Shown here: positions 56,992 to 59,819 of the stretch, piece after piece
Position numbering within the stretch: the first letter of the stretch is position 1
Layout of the letters: each line of letters begins with the position of its first letter
Assembly (NCBI GenBank): GCA_002383415.1
Contig: DFYU01000117.1
Span: 18,292 to 78,110, forward strand
From: Geobacter sp. UBA4074
GTDB taxonomy: Bacteria > Desulfobacterota > Desulfuromonadia > Geobacterales > Pseudopelobacteraceae
Reading direction: 5' to 3'
DNA: 59,819 nucleotides
The notes under the pieces: generated by a model
Seen by the model: only the letters and a program-made list of their open reading frames with translations
Databases searched by the model: none
What the model was told of the DNA's origin: nothing
Program-made: the position numbers and the translations under genes

Positions 56992-57782
56992 TATGCCACA
57001 TTCCTTTTGACCGCATTGCCGGTCAACAACTGTTCAAAGGCTTTGCCCTGGTCGGCATTCACCAGCAGGTAACGCGGCAGTATCTGCAGCTTTTCGCTTC
57101 TGCTGGCATGGCGTCGCTCAATGGAAAAGGTGCCGACATACCCGGCTGACCGGGCCTGCCGCAACAGATAATCATCATAGATGCCAAAGGGCCAGGCCAG
57201 CAGATCCACCGATCCGCCCAACTCCTGCTCGATCTTGCGTTTCGACTTGGTCAATTGTTCCATCACCAGCTTGTCCAAGGCGGCCGGCTGCAGTTTTCTG
57301 CGTTCCCGTTTGAAGTTGGGATGCCAGTAGGTATGGGATTGAAAATCGAACAGGCCGGTCTTTTTCAATTCACGCAGCTGATCCCAGGTCATGGCGTACT
57401 TGGCGTTTGAGATGGCCGAAGGATAGACAAAGACCGTAACCGGAAAACGGTATCTGCGTATAATAGGCAACATATCGCTGTAAACCGACCGGTGGGCATC
57501 GTCCTCCACGATCACCACCGACTTCGGGGCCGGGGCAGCTCCTTTGCCCTGGTACCACAACACCAGCTGGCGCAACGGAATCACCTTGTAACCGTTATCA
57601 TGCAGGTACTTCATCTGGGCTTCAAAGACCGAGGTCTTGACGGTCATGCCATCGGCCACAGTGGCACCAAAGCGGTGGTAGAGCAGGATCGGTACCGAGA
57701 CATCATGGGGAACGGCGGCAAACCCAACCGAGGAGCAGCACAGCGAGATCACCAGGGACAACACAGCAACAAAACGTGACAT
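56988..57782 (-). CDS. Polysaccharide deacetylase (NodB/IcaB-like), exported
   Basis: Signal peptide, PILLYH, EDD, QSHT..HP, AWPFG. Confidence 0.9.
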   Translation of the reverse strand: MSRFVAVLSLVISLCCSSVGFAAVPHDVSVPILLYHRFGATVADGMTVKTSVFEAQMKYLHDNGYKVIPLRQLVLWYQGKGAAPAPKSVVIVEDDAHRSVYSDMLPIIRRYRFPVTVFVYPSAISNAKYAMTWDQLRELKKTGLFDFQSHTYWHPNFKRERRKLQPAALDKLVMEQLTKSKRKIEQELGGSVDLLAWPFGIYDDYLLRQARSAGYVGTFSIERRHASRSEKLQILPRYLLVNADQGKAFEQLLTGNAVKRNVAY

Positions 57783-57812
57783 CAAACCAGACCTTTCAGG
57801 TAAAAAGACGTA

Positions 57813-58268
57813 TCAGGCTCGCACCAGATAGACCGAGCAGGGCGCCAGCTCTGCCACCCGATGCGAGACACTTCCCTTGAGACGGCGCTGGAGAAAACCT
57901 TTGCCGGAGCTGCCGATCACGATCACGTCAACCCCTTCCTCCTTGGCAAACTCCACCAACTTTTCGGCCGGCTCGCCAGCCTCGACAATCATTTCCAAGG
58001 GGATGTCATACTCGGCAGCACTCTTCTCAATTATATAAAAGATCCGTTTGCGAATATCCTCCCACTGTTCGCTTTCAGTCAACGGCTTGACCGGCACGAA
58101 GTCAGAGTAGGATGAACTCTGGGCGTTGGGCACCACCAACAGTGCATAAATCTTGCTCTTGAACTGGCTGCGGTTACCGGCCGCCATCCGCACCGCCTCT
58201 TCGGCAGCCTTATCCGAGTAGGGGGAACCATCTATGGCCACCAGTATCTTTTTTCTCAGATTCAGCAT
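57813..58268 (-). CDS. Universal stress protein (UspA family)
   Basis: KILVAIDGS, G.P...., IVIGS.G......GSVS..V. Confidence 0.92.
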   Translation of the reverse strand: MLNLRKKILVAIDGSPYSDKAAEEAVRMAAGNRSQFKSKIYALLVVPNAQSSSYSDFVPVKPLTESEQWEDIRKRIFYIIEKSAAEYDIPLEMIVEAGEPAEKLVEFAKEEGVDVIVIGSSGKGFLQRRLKGSVSHRVAELAPCSVYLVRA

Positions 58269-58354
58269 GACCGCTCCGGGACGTTTTATTTTTTAGATTT
58301 TCTGAACAAAAATTGATCATCATGCGTCATAAAATATAATGCAATCGTTCACAC

Positions 58355-58383
58355 TTGACAATTATAAAACATTTTTCTATATT
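58355..58383 (+). promoter_or_regulatory. Near-consensus sigma70 promoter of the IclR gene
   Basis: TTGACA-N17-TATATT. Confidence 0.75.
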
Positions 58384-58445
58384 CATCGCACTGTCGACTC
58401 TCAGGTCGGCATACCCATATCACCGCTTTTCAGGATTCCGAACTC

Positions 58446-59228
58446 ATGGCAAAAAAAGAAAAATCAGAATATCTGATTCAAGCAGTATCTCACGCCCTCG
58501 ACCTGCTGGAGCAGTTCCACGACGAGGTTGACGAACTGGGCGTAACCGAACTCTCGAAACGATTGAAGCTGCACAAAAACAACGTCTTCCGCCTGCTGGC
58601 CACCCTTGAATCCCGCGACTATATCGAGCAGAACAAAGTAACCGAAAACTACCGGCTGGGACTCAAGACCTTGGAACTCGGGCAGACCTTCATCAAGCAG
58701 ATGGGCCTGCTGCGCCAGTCGAAGCCGGTGCTGGAATCCTTGGTGAAGGAGTGTAACGAAACCACCTATGTGGCGATCCTCAAGGACTTCCACATCATCT
58801 ACCTGGATGCAGAAGAAACCAACATGACGGTGCGGGTCGTACCACGGGTAGGCTCCCGGCTGCCGGCCTACTGCACAGCAGCCGGCAAGGTCCAGATCGC
58901 CTACATGAGCGATGAAGAGCTGGATCACTTCATGCCGCAGCGTGAGCTGGACCAATTCACCGCCAACACCATCACTGACCGCGAGACACTGAAAAAAGAA
59001 CTGCGTGTCATCGCAGAGCAGGGCTTCGCCATTGACAACGAGGAGCTGGACGAGGGTGTCCGCTGCGTCGGCGCACCGATTCGCGACTACACCCGTCGTA
59101 TTATCGGCGCAGTCAGCATCTCTGGCCCATCAATGCGTTTCTCTGACGAGCGGATCAAAAAAGAACTGACCCCGCTGGTGATCCGCGCAGCCGAAGAGAT
59201 CTCAGCCAAGCTTGGCTTCCAGAAGTAA
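58446..59228 (+). CDS. IclR family transcriptional regulator
   Basis: N-terminal HTH, G.RLPAYCTAAGK, GFAIDNEE...GVRCVGAPI. Confidence 0.95.
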   Translation: MAKKEKSEYLIQAVSHALDLLEQFHDEVDELGVTELSKRLKLHKNNVFRLLATLESRDYIEQNKVTENYRLGLKTLELGQTFIKQMGLLRQSKPVLESLVKECNETTYVAILKDFHIIYLDAEETNMTVRVVPRVGSRLPAYCTAAGKVQIAYMSDEELDHFMPQRELDQFTANTITDRETLKKELRVIAEQGFAIDNEELDEGVRCVGAPIRDYTRRIIGAVSISGPSMRFSDERIKKELTPLVIRAAEEISAKLGFQK

Positions 59229-59245
59229 CTCACTTTTTTTAAAGC

Positions 59246-59284
59246 AAAAAAGCCGGTGCGCTGGTTAAGCGTGCCGGCTTTTTC
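59246..59284. terminator. Bidirectional terminator
   Basis: AAAAAGCCGGTGCGC...GCGTGCCGGCTTTTT. Confidence 0.8.
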
Positions 59285-59298
59285 ATAGGTCGAGCTTT

Positions 59299-59736
59299 CT
59301 AGAACAAGGTATCGCGCTGCAAGATCTTATCAAAGGCGCCTTCTGCCTTAGGTGCTTTATAGTCGACGCACTTGGCCCACGCCACCAAGGCTTCATCCAC
59401 ATCCTTCTTTTGCTCACCGCTCATCTTGTCATACCCCAGCTCGGCGGCCGGGGTCAGCAGAATCTGCACAAACTGACGATAATCGACATTGGCAGGCAGC
59501 TTTTCAACCACGCAGGTGCAGTAGCCTTCCACTCCGACCACCTTCATGCATTGATCACGCTTGACCGGCAGCGACTGCTTAAGCAGCTTAAGCGCCCGCA
59601 ACTCGTTGATCTGCCGCTCCAGCTTTTCGATCTTTTCCAACAGCTCTGCCTGTTTTTTGGGATCGTCCTCGGCCAGACAGACCGAAGGCAGTCCAAAGAC
59701 CAGCAAAGCAGCGACCAGCATCACGATCTTCATCAT
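59299..59736 (-). CDS. Exported hypothetical protein with coiled coil and Cys residues
   Basis: Signal peptide, coiled-coil stretch, C....YCTC....C. Confidence 0.65.
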   Translation of the reverse strand: MMKIVMLVAALLVFGLPSVCLAEDDPKKQAELLEKIEKLERQINELRALKLLKQSLPVKRDQCMKVVGVEGYCTCVVEKLPANVDYRQFVQILLTPAAELGYDKMSGEQKKDVDEALVAWAKCVDYKAPKAEGAFDKILQRDTLF

Positions 59737-59797
59737 CAGCCCCCTTTGAGACACAAAAGGCACCTGCCCAACGGACAGATGCCTTGTTAAAGTTAGA

Positions 59798-59819
59798 TGG
59801 TGCCCGGAGCCGGAGTCGA
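59798..59819 (-). tRNA. tRNA 3' end (probably tRNA-Leu), truncated by window edge
   Basis: Reverse complement TCGACTCCGGCTCCGGGCACCA = T-arm, acceptor 3' strand and CCA; hairpin at 59755-59786 downstream; anticodon not visible. Confidence 0.8.

Noticed and set aside
59299..59819. tRNA-anchored genomic island or prophage
   Set aside because: No integrase downstream of the tRNA 3' end, and I saw no duplicate of that end in the window.

Overview
GC-rich chromosomal window of an anaerobic deltaproteobacterium. Gene content (cobamide, hopanoid and Hyp genes, dapL, hemerythrin, globin-coupled sensor) suggests Geobacteraceae, e.g. Trichlorobacter/Geobacter; this is inference. Most of the window is housekeeping: dapA-dapB-dapL, lysA, purC, ppiD, ubiE/menG, cdaA, ppk2, hypBFCD, mnmA, a B12-riboswitch-controlled cobUTSC, hpnJK, proC, IclR and a tRNA fragment at the right edge. 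The first ~18 kb is a more accessory patchwork of small genes. Most notable: (1) a five-gene operon at 380-4413 encoding a SAM methyltransferase, a non-canonical isoprenoid-synthase-fold enzyme, a LolC/E-like ABC permease plus ATPase, and an ICMT/PEMT-family membrane methyltransferase, a candidate undescribed terpenoid/lipid modification and export system; (2) seven copies of an 18-bp GGCGGCCGATTGGCCGCC palindrome confined to 5.4-18 kb, three of them inside longer ~55-bp direct repeats that bracket accessory gene modules like cassettes; (3) two Cys-rich microproteins missed by the ORF track; (4) a ~130-bp inverted-repeat element with 9-10-nt periodic arms between dapA and dapB. All product calls come from motif recognition; no database search was run.
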